Shown here in pieces: positions 29,290 to 39,819 of a stretch of 64,000 nt of DNA; positions within the stretch are counted from its first letter, which is position 1, and every line of letters starts with the position of its first letter. Source of the DNA: Halanaerobium sp. (lineage in GTDB: Bacteria > Bacillota > Halanaerobiia > Halanaerobiales > Halanaerobiaceae). The notes under the pieces were generated by a model. It was not told the origin of the DNA. It saw nothing but the letters and a program-made list of their open reading frames with translations, and did not search any database. The position numbers and the translations under genes are program-made. The stretch covers positions 24,243 to 88,242 of the forward strand of contig JBKHDA010000001.1 in assembly GCA_046541575.1 (NCBI GenBank), given 5' to 3'.

Positions 29290-30432
29290 ATGAAAAGAAA
29301 GAAAGTTTCATTTCAGAAAGCATTATTGGCTTTAATTGTAATCTCTTTAATAATTTCTACAGCACCTGCTGTGTTTGCTCAGGAGCAGCAGAATCAAAAT
29401 ATTTATGAATCAAATCACTTTGCAGATATAGCCGAAAGGGTAGATAATGGAGTAGTTAAAGTAACAACAACCGTTGAGTCGTCAGAAAGTCAGCAGCTTC
29501 CGGAAATGTTTAATGATCCTTATTTCAGGTTCTTTTTTGGTGATCGTTTTCAGGCACCAGAACAGCAGCCCCGGCAGAGACAGGGTTTTGGCTCAGGTTT
29601 TATAGTTTCTGAGGATGGGTATATAGTAACTAATCAGCATGTAATTGAAGATGCCGATGAAATAGAAATAGCCATCAATGGCATAGAAGATCCAGTTAAG
29701 GCAGAGGTTGCCTGGTCTGATTTTAGTCTTGATCTTGCAGTGTTGAAAATTGACACATCAGAATTAGAAGATGAGATTACACCTTTGGAAATGGGAGATT
29801 CCAAAGAAATTAGACCTGGAGACTGGGCAATTGCAATTGGTAATCCTCTTGGTTTTGAGCATACAGTTACTGTGGGTGTGATAAGTGCTACAGGGCGTCC
29901 GATTCAAATTCCAACTGATGATCGACAGCTTAGAACCTATCAAAATTTAATTCAGCTTGATGCAGCAATTAACCCTGGTAATAGTGGAGGTCCTTTACTT
30001 AATAATCGAGGTAAGGTTATTGGTATAAATACCGCTGTTTCAAGAGTTGGACAGGGTATCGGTTTTGCGATTCCTGTCAATGAAATCAAAGACATTGTTA
30101 CTGAACTCCAGAATACAGGTGAGGTAACAAGACCCTGGATTGGTATAGCTTTTAATGAAATAAATAAAGATGTGCAGGAGTATTTTAATTTAGATAATCG
30201 AGAAGGTATAATTGTTATAGAGGTTTATAAAGACAGTCCTGCCGAAAAAGCTGGACTCAAAAACTATGATATAATTAAAGAAGTAGATCGGCAGGAAATC
30301 AAAGACACCTCCGATTTAACTGAAATAATATCTGAAAAAGAAGTTGGAGATAAAATAATGTTTAAAGTTATTAGAGATGGAAACACTCAAATTTTAGTAG
30401 GAAGAATTGGCGATAAACCAAATGATCTTTAA
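29290..30432 (+). CDS. htrA: HtrA/DegP serine protease with one PDZ domain
   Basis: Signal peptide, GSGF, TNQHV, DLAVLK, INPGNSGGPL and a PDZ domain. Confidence 0.95.
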   Translation: MKRKKVSFQKALLALIVISLIISTAPAVFAQEQQNQNIYESNHFADIAERVDNGVVKVTTTVESSESQQLPEMFNDPYFRFFFGDRFQAPEQQPRQRQGFGSGFIVSEDGYIVTNQHVIEDADEIEIAINGIEDPVKAEVAWSDFSLDLAVLKIDTSELEDEITPLEMGDSKEIRPGDWAIAIGNPLGFEHTVTVGVISATGRPIQIPTDDRQLRTYQNLIQLDAAINPGNSGGPLLNNRGKVIGINTAVSRVGQGIGFAIPVNEIKDIVTELQNTGEVTRPWIGIAFNEINKDVQEYFNLDNREGIIVIEVYKDSPAEKAGLKNYDIIKEVDRQEIKDTSDLTEIISEKEVGDKIMFKVIRDGNTQILVGRIGDKPNDL

Positions 30433-30445
30433 AATTTAAAGGAAT

Positions 30446-30480
30446 AGTAAAACACCGGGCTTAAAGAGCCCGGTTTTACT
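30446..30480 (+). terminator. hairpin/terminator after htrA
   Basis: ACCGGGCT / AGCCCGGT stem followed by TTT. Confidence 0.65.
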
Positions 30481-30517
30481 GTTTAATTTTAATTGATTTG
30501 TTGATATAATAAAAGGG

Positions 30518-31216
30518 GTGAGTAAATTGAACAAAAACATACTGCTGATAGAAGACGATTCTCAAATAGCTAGATTTGTAGAATTAGAACTCGAACATGA
30601 AGGTTATCAAGTTGAAAAATTTGATAACGGTTATGATGGCATTAATGCTTTAAAAGAAGATATTTATGATTTATTATTATTAGACATTATGCTGCCCGGA
30701 CTTGATGGAATCGAAGTCTGCAGTAGAATCAGAGAGTTTTCGGATATTCCAATAATTATGCTGACAGCTAAATCAGAATTGGAAGATAAAGTAGAAGGTT
30801 TAGATACTGGAGCAGATGATTATTTAACCAAACCATTTGAAATTGAGGAACTGCTGGCTAGAATACGAGCTCATCTGAGGAGAGATGAAGGTAATGTTGA
30901 ATCAGATAATATTCTAACAACTGCTGATGTTGAGGTTAACCTTGATGCTCATGTAGTCAAGAGAGCTGGTGACGAAATAGAGCTGACAAAGAAAGAATAT
31001 GATCTCTTAGTTTATTTAATCAAAAACGAAGGTATAGTTGTCAGCAGAGATAAATTATTAAATAATGTCTGGGGATATGATTATACCGGGGAAACCAATA
31101 TAGTGGATGTTTATATTCGTTATTTACGCAGTAAAATTGATGATCCATTTGAACAGAAACTTATACATACAGTGCGTGGAGTCGGTTATGTATTGAGGTC
31201 AGATAAAAATGTTTGA
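30518..31216 (+). CDS. OmpR-family response regulator (ArlR-like)
   Basis: IEDD, LDIMLP, GADDYLTKPF and TVRGVGY motifs. Confidence 0.95.
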   Translation: MSKLNKNILLIEDDSQIARFVELELEHEGYQVEKFDNGYDGINALKEDIYDLLLLDIMLPGLDGIEVCSRIREFSDIPIIMLTAKSELEDKVEGLDTGADDYLTKPFEIEELLARIRAHLRRDEGNVESDNILTTADVEVNLDAHVVKRAGDEIELTKKEYDLLVYLIKNEGIVVSRDKLLNNVWGYDYTGETNIVDVYIRYLRSKIDDPFEQKLIHTVRGVGYVLRSDKNV

Positions 31217-32609
31217 TTTTGTCCATAAAAAAAGCAAGATTTCCTGGAAAATAACAATTCTTTATGCATTTATGTTTATGATGTTAATATTCCTAGTCAA
31301 TCTTTCTATTTATTTTTTCCTTTCTAATTTTATTGATGAGAATATCAAAAAAAGTATAAATAATACCACAGAATTGGTGCTCTCCCAGTTTTCTGGTATT
31401 GGTGACCCGGCTAATTTTTTTGATACTGATATTTTACAGCAGATTAGCCGCAGTGAAGAAAATATATTTTTTAGAGTGCTGAATAATGAGGGGAAAGTTC
31501 AGGCACAGTCAAAATACCTGGAAGAAATGGATATTCCAATCAGCGCAGAAATTGAAGAATTTCGTTCAGAAAATAAAATATTAGCAGTTAAAACTATGCC
31601 GATGAATAATTTTGTTTTTTCACGCGGTTATTTACAGGTTGTTAGAGATATTACTTTTGAAAAAAACTTTCTTGATTTTTTAATCATAGTTCTAACTATT
31701 GCTGCTGGAATAGGAGCCTTGATTTCGGTCTTTTTGGGTTATTTTATTACTAAAAAAATGCTTTCTCCAATTAATAAAGTTACGGAAACTGCCAGAGAGA
31801 TTAGCTCCAGTGATTTAGGACGCAGGCTTGAGGTTCGCGGACCTGATGATGAGCTCAAAAAATTAGCTTTAACCTTTAATTCAATGTTAGACAGGCTGGA
31901 AAAATCGTTTAAAAGACAGAAGCAGTTTGTATCTGATGCCTCACATGAATTAAGGACACCTATATCTGTAATAAAAGGTTATGTAGATCTGCTTGACCGC
32001 TGGGGTAAGGAGAAAGAAGACGTTAGAGACGAGGCTGTTGAAGCTATAAAAAAAGAAACTGCCAACATGAAACAGCTAATGGAAAATCTGCTGCTTCTGG
32101 CTCGTGGTGATGATAGTAAACTAAAAAAAGAAGAAGAATTATTTAATTTTAATAATCTGGTTAAAAAAATAATTAAAGAATTTCAGCTGATGGAAAAAGA
32201 GATCAGTTTTGAATTAGAAGAAGAGGCAGAAATAGAATTTTATGGTGACCGTAATTTATTCAAGCAGTTATTGAGAATATTCCTGGATAATGCTGTTAAG
32301 TTTACTTCAAATAACGGGGAAATAAAAATAAATATAGACAAAGTTAATTCTAATAATTTTTATTTCTCTATTGCAGATGATGGTCCGGGCATTTCAGAAA
32401 AAGACTTACCATTTGTTTTTGATCGTTTTTATCAGGCTGATAAGTCCAGGACCAGAAAAGATAATAACAGGGGTTCTGGTTTGGGTCTTGCAATTGCCAG
32501 ACAGATTGTTGACAGTTATAATGGTTATATTGATGTAGAAAGTGAAGAAGGAAGTGGAACCAAATTTATTATTGTACTTCCTCTAATTCAAAAGAATAAT
32601 AATCAATAA
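31209..32609 (+). CDS. sensor histidine kinase (2 TM, HAMP)
   Basis: DASHELRTP H-box, DNAVKF, DDGPGI and GSGLGL motifs. Confidence 0.95.
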   Translation: MFDFVHKKSKISWKITILYAFMFMMLIFLVNLSIYFFLSNFIDENIKKSINNTTELVLSQFSGIGDPANFFDTDILQQISRSEENIFFRVLNNEGKVQAQSKYLEEMDIPISAEIEEFRSENKILAVKTMPMNNFVFSRGYLQVVRDITFEKNFLDFLIIVLTIAAGIGALISVFLGYFITKKMLSPINKVTETAREISSSDLGRRLEVRGPDDELKKLALTFNSMLDRLEKSFKRQKQFVSDASHELRTPISVIKGYVDLLDRWGKEKEDVRDEAVEAIKKETANMKQLMENLLLLARGDDSKLKKEEELFNFNNLVKKIIKEFQLMEKEISFELEEEAEIEFYGDRNLFKQLLRIFLDNAVKFTSNNGEIKINIDKVNSNNFYFSIADDGPGISEKDLPFVFDRFYQADKSRTRKDNNRGSGLGLAIARQIVDSYNGYIDVESEEGSGTKFIIVLPLIQKNNNQ

Positions 32610-32652
32610 TAATAAATTTAAATATATGAGTTTTAAATGGGAGATGATTCTT

Positions 32653-35295
32653 TTGTCAAATAACGAAAACGAGGAGAAAAAAACACTTTTTTTATTAGAT
32701 GGACATAGTTTAACCCATAGAGCATTTTATGCTCTACCATTATTAACTAATGATGATGGTGAATATACCAATGCGGTTTTTGGATTTGTAAGGATGCTGT
32801 TTAGTTTAACAGATGAGTGGAATCCTGACAGAATGATAATTACCTTTGATAAAAAAGCACCAACATTCAGGCATGAAGAATATGAAGATTATAAAGCGGG
32901 TAGAAAAAAAATGCCGGAGGAACTGGTGCCGCAAATACCACTGCTGCAGCAGACAATAGAAAAGTTAAAAATTCCAATGATGGCCAAAGAGGGTTATGAG
33001 GCTGATGACCTGCTGGGTACTCTTTCTAAAGAAGCAGCAGAAGAGGGATATAAAGTTTATATTGTTACTGGTGATCGGGATGCTCTGCAGTTGGTATCTG
33101 AAAATGTAAATGTATTATATACACGTAAGGGTATTTCTGATTTAGTTAAATTTGATTTAGACAGGGTAATGGAAAAATATGAACTTCCTCCAGAGAAATT
33201 AATAGACAGAAAGGGTCTAATGGGAGACAGCTCTGATAATATTCCTGGAGTGCCGGGTATAGGTAAAAAGACAGCTTTAAAGCTGCTTAAAGAATTTGGA
33301 TCAATGGAAGAAATTTTGGCTAATATTGACCAGGTTTCGGGCAAAAAAAGAAAAGAAAATCTGCATAAGTATGCTGAACAGGCCAGGATGAGCTACAGAC
33401 TTGGCAAAATAAAAAGAGATGTTCCGGTTGATGTTGATTTTGATCAGTGCCGCCTGGACCTTTATGATGACCAGGAAGCTGCGGAACAATTTGAAAAACT
33501 TGGTTTTACCTCTTTGCTGGACCGTTTTGATTTTAAAGAGGAAGCTAATTCTGAAAATCTTGAAGTTATAAATTTAGAAAAAGAAGATTTAATCAATTTC
33601 AAAGAAAAGGTTCTAGAAGCCGGGGAAATAGCCGCGACTGTAAATTTAGCTAAAGATAGTAAAGCTATTGATGGTAAAATAAAAGAATTTTTATTTTCTC
33701 TAAAAGATGAAGAAAACATATATTTATACCAGCCGGATGCAGAAATCGATCAGGTTGTTAAAGAAATTTTTGAATCAGAGAAAATAGCAAAACTGATTCC
33801 TGATGCTAAAGAAGCTTCTCTTGCTTTATTAAAACATCAAATTGAGGTTTTAAACATTTGTTTTGAACCACTACTTGCTTTTTACCTGCTGCAGCCGTCT
33901 TCTTCACTGCCGGAAGTAGAGGAAGTTTTTAGCCGTGAATTAACTTTATCATTTGATGAGCTGGAAAAAGAAAATAAACTGGCTGTAAAAATTTCTAAGC
34001 TGTATGAATTAAAAAATAAGCTAATTAATAAATTAGAAAAAGACGATTTGCTTAAGTTATATCAGGAAATCGAGCTTCCTCTGATAAAAGTTCTGGCCCG
34101 GATGGAATATAATGGTGTTAAAGTAGATAAAGACTGGCTCAATTCTCTATCAGAGCGGCTTGGAAAGCGTCTCGAGATAATAACTAACAGGGCTCATCAG
34201 CTGGCAGGAGAAGAATTTAATTTGAATTCCCCCAAACAGCTGGGAGAAATTTTATTTGAAAAATTGGGGCTGCCGGTGATCAAGAGAACAAAAACCGGTT
34301 ATTCTACAAATGCCAGTGTTTTAGAAAAATTGGAAGGTAAACATGAAATTATTCCTTTGATTTCAGAGTATAGAGAGCTGGCAAAATTAAAATCAACCTA
34401 CATTGATTCGCTGCCCCCTCTGATTAACGAAGAAACAGGTAAAATCCATACCTCCTTTAATCAGATGGTAACCGCTACCGGAAGACTAAGCAGTACAGAT
34501 CCTAATCTGCAGAATATACCAATTAGAACTGAGGAAGGAAGAGAGATCCGCAAGGCTTTTATTCCTTCTGAGGAAGATATGCTGCTTCTGGCCGTAGATT
34601 ATTCTCAGATTGAGCTCAGAGTTTTTGCTCATTTAAGTGGAGATCAAAAATTAAAAGAAGCTTTCAATTCTGGAGCTGATATTCATACAGAAACAGCAGC
34701 TGAAGTTTTTGAAGTAAAGCCGGAAGAGGTATCCCCAAACTTACGCCGCCACGCTAAGGTTATTAACTTTGGTATTGCTTACGGAATGAGTGCTTACGGT
34801 CTGAGTCAGGATTTAGATATTGCTGTTGAAGAAGCTCAGGAATATATTGATAAATATTTTGACAGATTTTCTGGAGTTAAAAAATATATGGACCAGACTA
34901 TAGAAAAGGTTAAGGAATGCGGTTATGCAGAAACAATGTTTGGCCGCCGCCGTTATATTCCGGAAATCAACAGCAGCAACTATCACCGCCGTTCATTTGC
35001 TGAAAGAACTGCAATCAACACTCCGGTTCAGGGAACTGCAGCTGATATAATGAAAAAATCAATGCTTGATGTTTATGATGCTTTAAAAGAAGCAGAGCTT
35101 GAGTTAAATATTTTACTTCAGGTTCATGATGAACTTGTATTTGAAGTTAAAAAATCAGATTTAGAAAAAGCTGCAGAATTGATCAAAGAAAAAATGGAAA
35201 ATACAGCTGAGCTGGATGTGCCTCTTTTAGTTGATCTTCAGACAGGAGAAAACTGGAGAGACAAAAAGGATTATGAGGTGGAAAATAATGCCTGA
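32653..35295 (+). CDS. polA: DNA polymerase I
   Basis: 5' nuclease (LDGHSL, EADD, GDRD), DYSQIELR and QVHDEL motifs. Start uncertain (32626, 32644 or 32653). Confidence 0.97.
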   Translation: MSNNENEEKKTLFLLDGHSLTHRAFYALPLLTNDDGEYTNAVFGFVRMLFSLTDEWNPDRMIITFDKKAPTFRHEEYEDYKAGRKKMPEELVPQIPLLQQTIEKLKIPMMAKEGYEADDLLGTLSKEAAEEGYKVYIVTGDRDALQLVSENVNVLYTRKGISDLVKFDLDRVMEKYELPPEKLIDRKGLMGDSSDNIPGVPGIGKKTALKLLKEFGSMEEILANIDQVSGKKRKENLHKYAEQARMSYRLGKIKRDVPVDVDFDQCRLDLYDDQEAAEQFEKLGFTSLLDRFDFKEEANSENLEVINLEKEDLINFKEKVLEAGEIAATVNLAKDSKAIDGKIKEFLFSLKDEENIYLYQPDAEIDQVVKEIFESEKIAKLIPDAKEASLALLKHQIEVLNICFEPLLAFYLLQPSSSLPEVEEVFSRELTLSFDELEKENKLAVKISKLYELKNKLINKLEKDDLLKLYQEIELPLIKVLARMEYNGVKVDKDWLNSLSERLGKRLEIITNRAHQLAGEEFNLNSPKQLGEILFEKLGLPVIKRTKTGYSTNASVLEKLEGKHEIIPLISEYRELAKLKSTYIDSLPPLINEETGKIHTSFNQMVTATGRLSSTDPNLQNIPIRTEEGREIRKAFIPSEEDMLLLAVDYSQIELRVFAHLSGDQKLKEAFNSGADIHTETAAEVFEVKPEEVSPNLRRHAKVINFGIAYGMSAYGLSQDLDIAVEEAQEYIDKYFDRFSGVKKYMDQTIEKVKECGYAETMFGRRRYIPEINSSNYHRRSFAERTAINTPVQGTAADIMKKSMLDVYDALKEAELELNILLQVHDELVFEVKKSDLEKAAELIKEKMENTAELDVPLLVDLQTGENWRDKKDYEVENNA

Positions 35296-36118
35296 GCTGC
35301 CAGAGGTAGAGACTGTTGTTAAGGGCCTCAGGCCTTTAATTACAGATAAAATAGTTACTGCAGTTGAAATAAGAGAAAAAAACATGATTGCATATCCAGA
35401 AAATGATATCGAAAGCTTCAGAGATTCTTTAATCGGTTCAAAAATAGAGGCTGTCAATCGCCGCGGTAAATATATTATAATTGAACTTAGCCAAGATAAA
35501 AATATGGTAATTCATCTTAGGATGACCGGTAAACTGCTGGTAAAAGAGGTTAAAGAATTTAGAGATAAACATACTCATGTTATTTTCAGCCTCAATGATG
35601 GACAGGAAATTCGTTTTAATAATATCCGAAAATTTGGCCGGGTTTATTTAATTGACAAAAATCATCCAGAACAGGCCGGTGGGCTGGCTGATTTAGGTCC
35701 TGAACCTTTAAGCGAGGAACTGACTTTAGAAGATTTTAAGAAACTTTTTGAAAATAGAAGGGCTTTAATGAAATCTCTGCTTTTAAACCAGCATTTTGTG
35801 GCCGGAATTGGTAATATTTATGCAGATGAAATTCTTTTTCGCTCAGCTGTTAGGCCTGATAGGACTGCTGACACTCTAACTGAAGCAGAAAAAGAAGCAA
35901 TTTATCATAATATGCGTGATATTTTAGAAAAGGGAATAATTTATGGAGGAACCAGTTTTAGTGATTATGTAAATGCTTTTGGTGAAAAGGGATCATTCCA
36001 GGAAGAATTAAGGGTGCATCAGCGTGAAGGAGAAAATTGTTATGACTGCGGCAGTATAATAGAAAAAATTAAAATCAGCGGACGCTCAACGTACTTTTGT
36101 CCGAAATGTCAAAAATAG
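35288..36118 (+). CDS. mutM: formamidopyrimidine-DNA glycosylase
   Basis: [23 protein letters not shown] and a C-terminal Zn finger. Confidence 0.98.
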   Translation: MPELPEVETVVKGLRPLITDKIVTAVEIREKNMIAYPENDIESFRDSLIGSKIEAVNRRGKYIIIELSQDKNMVIHLRMTGKLLVKEVKEFRDKHTHVIFSLNDGQEIRFNNIRKFGRVYLIDKNHPEQAGGLADLGPEPLSEELTLEDFKKLFENRRALMKSLLLNQHFVAGIGNIYADEILFRSAVRPDRTADTLTEAEKEAIYHNMRDILEKGIIYGGTSFSDYVNAFGEKGSFQEELRVHQREGENCYDCGSIIEKIKISGRSTYFCPKCQK

Positions 36119-36132
36119 AGAGAGGGATGCTT

Positions 36133-37113
36133 ATGATTATAGGTTTAACAGGTGGTATAGCTACTGGTAAATCAACAGCTGCTGAATATTTAAAACAAAA
36201 GGGAGCTGAAATCATTGATGCTGATCAGATTTCTCATAAAATCAGTCAAAAGGGAGAAAAGGGCTGGCAGAGGGTAGTTGATGAATTTGGTCAAGAAATT
36301 TTAGGAAAAGATGGAGAATTTGATCGAGAAAAACTGGCAGAAATCGTCTTTTCTGATTCTAAAAAGAGAAAAAAGTTAGAATCACTGCTGCATCCCTTAA
36401 TTATTTATAAAATGAAAGAAAAAGCATATGAGTATTTAGAAAAAAATAAAATTGTAGTATTTATGGCACCACTACTTTATGAAGCAGGACTGGATCGTTT
36501 TTGTGATCAGGTCTGGGTTATTTCTAGCTCAGAGCAAACACAAGTAAATAGATTAAAAAAGAGAGATTCTCTCAGTAGAGAGGAAGCTTTAAAAAGAATT
36601 AATTCTCAGATGCCCATCTCTCAAAAAGAAAAGAAGGCGGATGTAGTTATTGAAAATAATTCAACTATTGCTGCTTTGAAGGCAAAATTAGATTTATACT
36701 GGGAAAAGATATTGAAAGGAGCAGATGCCAAAGTGATTAGAATTGCCCTAGTAGCTCATGATGAGAAAAAGGAAGATATGATTAAATTTGCTAAAAAGCA
36801 CAGAGAAGTTCTATCAGACATGAGGTTGATTGCTACCGGCACAACCGGGCAGAGATTAATTGATGAAACAGGACTTGCTGTTGAAAGAATGGCCTCTGGT
36901 CCGATAGGTGGGGATCAGATGATTGGAGCAGAAATTGCAAAAGATCGTCTGGATGGAGTAATATTTTTAAGAGATCCCTTAACAGCTCAACCACATGAGC
37001 CTGATGTAACGGCTTTATTAAGACTCTGTGATGTTCATCAAATTCCTCTGGCAACAAATTTAGCAACTGCTGAAATGATTATTCACTCTCTAGCCCAAAA
37101 AAACCGTATTTAA
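36133..37113 (+). CDS. coaE-mgsA: dephospho-CoA kinase fused to methylglyoxal synthase
   Basis: N-terminal [12 protein letters not shown]...IDAD...HPLI...SQMP; C-terminal [24 protein letters not shown] and PHEPDV; no stop between the halves. Confidence 0.92.
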   Translation: MIIGLTGGIATGKSTAAEYLKQKGAEIIDADQISHKISQKGEKGWQRVVDEFGQEILGKDGEFDREKLAEIVFSDSKKRKKLESLLHPLIIYKMKEKAYEYLEKNKIVVFMAPLLYEAGLDRFCDQVWVISSSEQTQVNRLKKRDSLSREEALKRINSQMPISQKEKKADVVIENNSTIAALKAKLDLYWEKILKGADAKVIRIALVAHDEKKEDMIKFAKKHREVLSDMRLIATGTTGQRLIDETGLAVERMASGPIGGDQMIGAEIAKDRLDGVIFLRDPLTAQPHEPDVTALLRLCDVHQIPLATNLATAEMIIHSLAQKNRI

Positions 37114-37134
37114 CTTAAGGGAGGATAAATATAG

Positions 37135-37695
37135 TTGAGGATAAAATATCTATATAGAGTAATTATTTTGGTGATTTTAGCTGCAGTATTTTTTATATTA
37201 ACTAACAGCAGCTTTGATTTATGGACAGTCAGAAGAAATTTGGCTCCAGTAAGATATCAGAGTGAGATCAGAAAATATGCTGATAAATTTGCCCTTGATG
37301 AAGAATTATTAACTGCATTAATTTATGTGGAGAGCAGATTTGACCAGTATTCTGAATCTCCCAGGGGAGCAGTTGGTTTAATGCAGCTGATGCCTTCAAC
37401 CGCAAACTGGATAGCTGATCAACTGGGACATAGTAATTTTAAATTAGACGATTTAGATGATCCTGAGTTAAATATAAAATTTGGCAGCTGGTATTTTGCT
37501 TATTTATATCAGAAATTCGATAAAGATTTAATTATAACCATTGCTGCTTATAATGCCGGGGAAAATAATGTTCGAAAATGGATTAATAATGGCTGGGAGG
37601 GAGATATGCAGCAGGAATTACCATTTTTAGAAACTGATAACTTTGTTAGGAGAGTGCTGTCTACCCGGGAATATTATAAACAAAATGATATATAG
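37135..37695 (+). CDS. SLT-domain lytic transglycosylase
   Basis: VESRF, GAVGLMQLMP and AAYNAG motifs; N-terminal TM helix; TTG start behind GGGAGG. Confidence 0.93.
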   Translation: MRIKYLYRVIILVILAAVFFILTNSSFDLWTVRRNLAPVRYQSEIRKYADKFALDEELLTALIYVESRFDQYSESPRGAVGLMQLMPSTANWIADQLGHSNFKLDDLDDPELNIKFGSWYFAYLYQKFDKDLIITIAAYNAGENNVRKWINNGWEGDMQQELPFLETDNFVRRVLSTREYYKQNDI

Positions 37696-37735
37696 TTGTA
37701 TACAACTTGATTTTTTAGCTAAATAATTATATAAT
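37694..37735 (+). promoter_or_regulatory. 14-bp palindromic operator plus sigma-A promoter of the peptide ABC operon
   Basis: AGTTGTATACAACT (37694-37707) abuts TTGATT, 17-bp spacer, TATAAT. Confidence 0.6.
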
Positions 37736-37898
37736 TTTAGTTAGTGAAAACTTAAATATTTAAAATCTTATCAATAAGTTAAATTTTTATTTGTTTAGAT
37801 TTTATAATTTTTATAAAGAGGGAGGGGATAAACTTTAAGTAGTTAGAAATTAAAAAGCAATATTTTTTTCAATTAATTATTAGGAGGGAATTTCGAGT

Positions 37899-39713
37899 AT
37901 GAAAAAAAATTTAATAGTTTTTTTAAGTTTAATTTTGGTTTTAGCTATGGGTTCTGCTGTAGGAGCTCAGGAAGAAGTTAAAAATCCTGACACCCTTGTT
38001 GAAGTTAATATGGGAAATATAGATAGTCTTGATCCTCATTATCAGTATGATTCTGCAAGTGCAGAAATTATTGATAATGTTTATGAAAATCTAATTAAAT
38101 TTGATGAAGGGGATATTACAGAATTTTTACCACATCTTGCAACTGAAGTACCAAGTGAAGAGAATGGTTTAATTAGAGAAGACGGTACAGTCTATGAATT
38201 TCCTATTAGAGAAGGAGTTACTTTCCACAGCGGAAATCCATTAACTCCTGAAGATGTTAAGTACAGTTTTCTGCGTGCATTAATTCAGGATAGAGATGGT
38301 GGACCTGTCTGGATGATTTATGAACCACTTTTCCAAAAAGGTTCATTAGCAGAAGTAGTTGAAGAAGTTTTAGGAGAAGAAAAAAGCCCTAGTGATTTGA
38401 GTGCTGAAGAATCTGAAGAAGTATATGCTTATTTAGAAGAAGCAATTGAAATTGATGGAAATAGTGTAATCTTTAATTTACCTCAGGCTTTCCCACCTTT
38501 CTTAAGTATTATTTCTCAGGGTAATGGTCTGGGTGCAATTCTTGATAAAGAATGGTCTATTGAACAGGGTGACTGGGATGGTGAGCCAGATTCTATAGCT
38601 GAATACACTAATCCTTCTAAAGAAGATGACCCATTATTTGAAGTTATGAATGGTACTGGTCCTTATAAGTTAGTTGAATGGGTCAATGGTGAAGAAGTAG
38701 TGTTAAATAGAAATAATGATTACTGGCGTGAACCTGCTTCAATCAGAAAAGTTATTATTAGAATGGTTGATGAATGGTCAACACGTAAGTTAATGTTACA
38801 GCGTGGAGATGCTGATATTGTTTATGTAGATAAGCAGTATATGAGTCAGGTTGAAGATATGGATGGGGTAGAAGTTATTACTGGTCTGCCAAATATCTAT
38901 ATGGGAGCCGGACTTATGAACTACAATATTGTGACTGATGGTAATTCAGATGTACACAGTGGAGAATTAGATGGTGAAGGTGTTCCTTCTGATTTCTTTA
39001 GTGATATTGATGTGAGAAAAGGATTCCTTTATTCTATGAATTATGAAGCATTTATTAAAGATGTACTAGAAGGAGATGGACAGCAGGGACGTGGACCTAT
39101 TCCAGAACCTTTATTAGGTTTTGATGAAGAGTCTCCAACTTATGAAATGGATCTTGAAAAAGCAGAGGAACATTTCAGAGAGGCATTTGACGGCGAACTC
39201 TGGGACAAAGGATTTGAAATTACAATTCTTTATAACTCAGGTAATGAAGTGCGGAAAAGTGCTGCTGATATGTTAAAATATTATGTTGAGCAGATTAATC
39301 CTGATTTCAAGATTAATGTTCGCGGAATTCAGTGGTCTTCTTATCTTGATAAGTTAATTGCTGGTGAGTTTACTTTAGGCTTTATAGCCTGGGGAGCTGA
39401 CTATGCAGATCCACATAACTTTGTAGTTCCTTTCTTAGGTAGTGATGGAACTTACGGTGGATTTAAAGGCGAAGATTATGTAAGTTATGCTGAAGAGAAT
39501 ATAGATCCTTTAATTGAAGAAGCTGTTTCTTTAACTGATCCTGATGAACGTGAAGAGATTTACAGAGAATTACAGCAGATTTCTTATGATCAGGCAATTG
39601 ATATGTATCTCTATCAGCCAACTGCTCAGGTTGTTATGAAAGACTGGGTTAAGGGCTGGTACTATGATCCAATTAGAGATCCAGGACAGTATTTCTATGA
39701 TTTAAGTAAATAA
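37899..39713 (+). CDS. family 5 (Opp/Dpp) ABC substrate-binding protein
   Basis: Signal peptide, SLDPH, VYENL, GTGPY and WGADYADP motifs; very acidic. Confidence 0.93.
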   Translation: MKKNLIVFLSLILVLAMGSAVGAQEEVKNPDTLVEVNMGNIDSLDPHYQYDSASAEIIDNVYENLIKFDEGDITEFLPHLATEVPSEENGLIREDGTVYEFPIREGVTFHSGNPLTPEDVKYSFLRALIQDRDGGPVWMIYEPLFQKGSLAEVVEEVLGEEKSPSDLSAEESEEVYAYLEEAIEIDGNSVIFNLPQAFPPFLSIISQGNGLGAILDKEWSIEQGDWDGEPDSIAEYTNPSKEDDPLFEVMNGTGPYKLVEWVNGEEVVLNRNNDYWREPASIRKVIIRMVDEWSTRKLMLQRGDADIVYVDKQYMSQVEDMDGVEVITGLPNIYMGAGLMNYNIVTDGNSDVHSGELDGEGVPSDFFSDIDVRKGFLYSMNYEAFIKDVLEGDGQQGRGPIPEPLLGFDEESPTYEMDLEKAEEHFREAFDGELWDKGFEITILYNSGNEVRKSAADMLKYYVEQINPDFKINVRGIQWSSYLDKLIAGEFTLGFIAWGADYADPHNFVVPFLGSDGTYGGFKGEDYVSYAEENIDPLIEEAVSLTDPDEREEIYRELQQISYDQAIDMYLYQPTAQVVMKDWVKGWYYDPIRDPGQYFYDLSK

Positions 39714-39734
39714 AAATTATTAAATAGAATATTT

Positions 39735-39781
39735 ACAATAAATATCTGGGGGGATATTTTGCCCTCCAGATATGTTATTGT
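39735..39781 (+). other. intercistronic stem-loop after the binding-protein gene
   Basis: ACAATAA-ATATCTGGGGGG / CCCTCCAGATAT-G-TTATTGT. Confidence 0.65.
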
Positions 39782-39819
39782 TTATATAATTAAAAAGTTA
39801 GAAAGGATGAAATTAGAGG

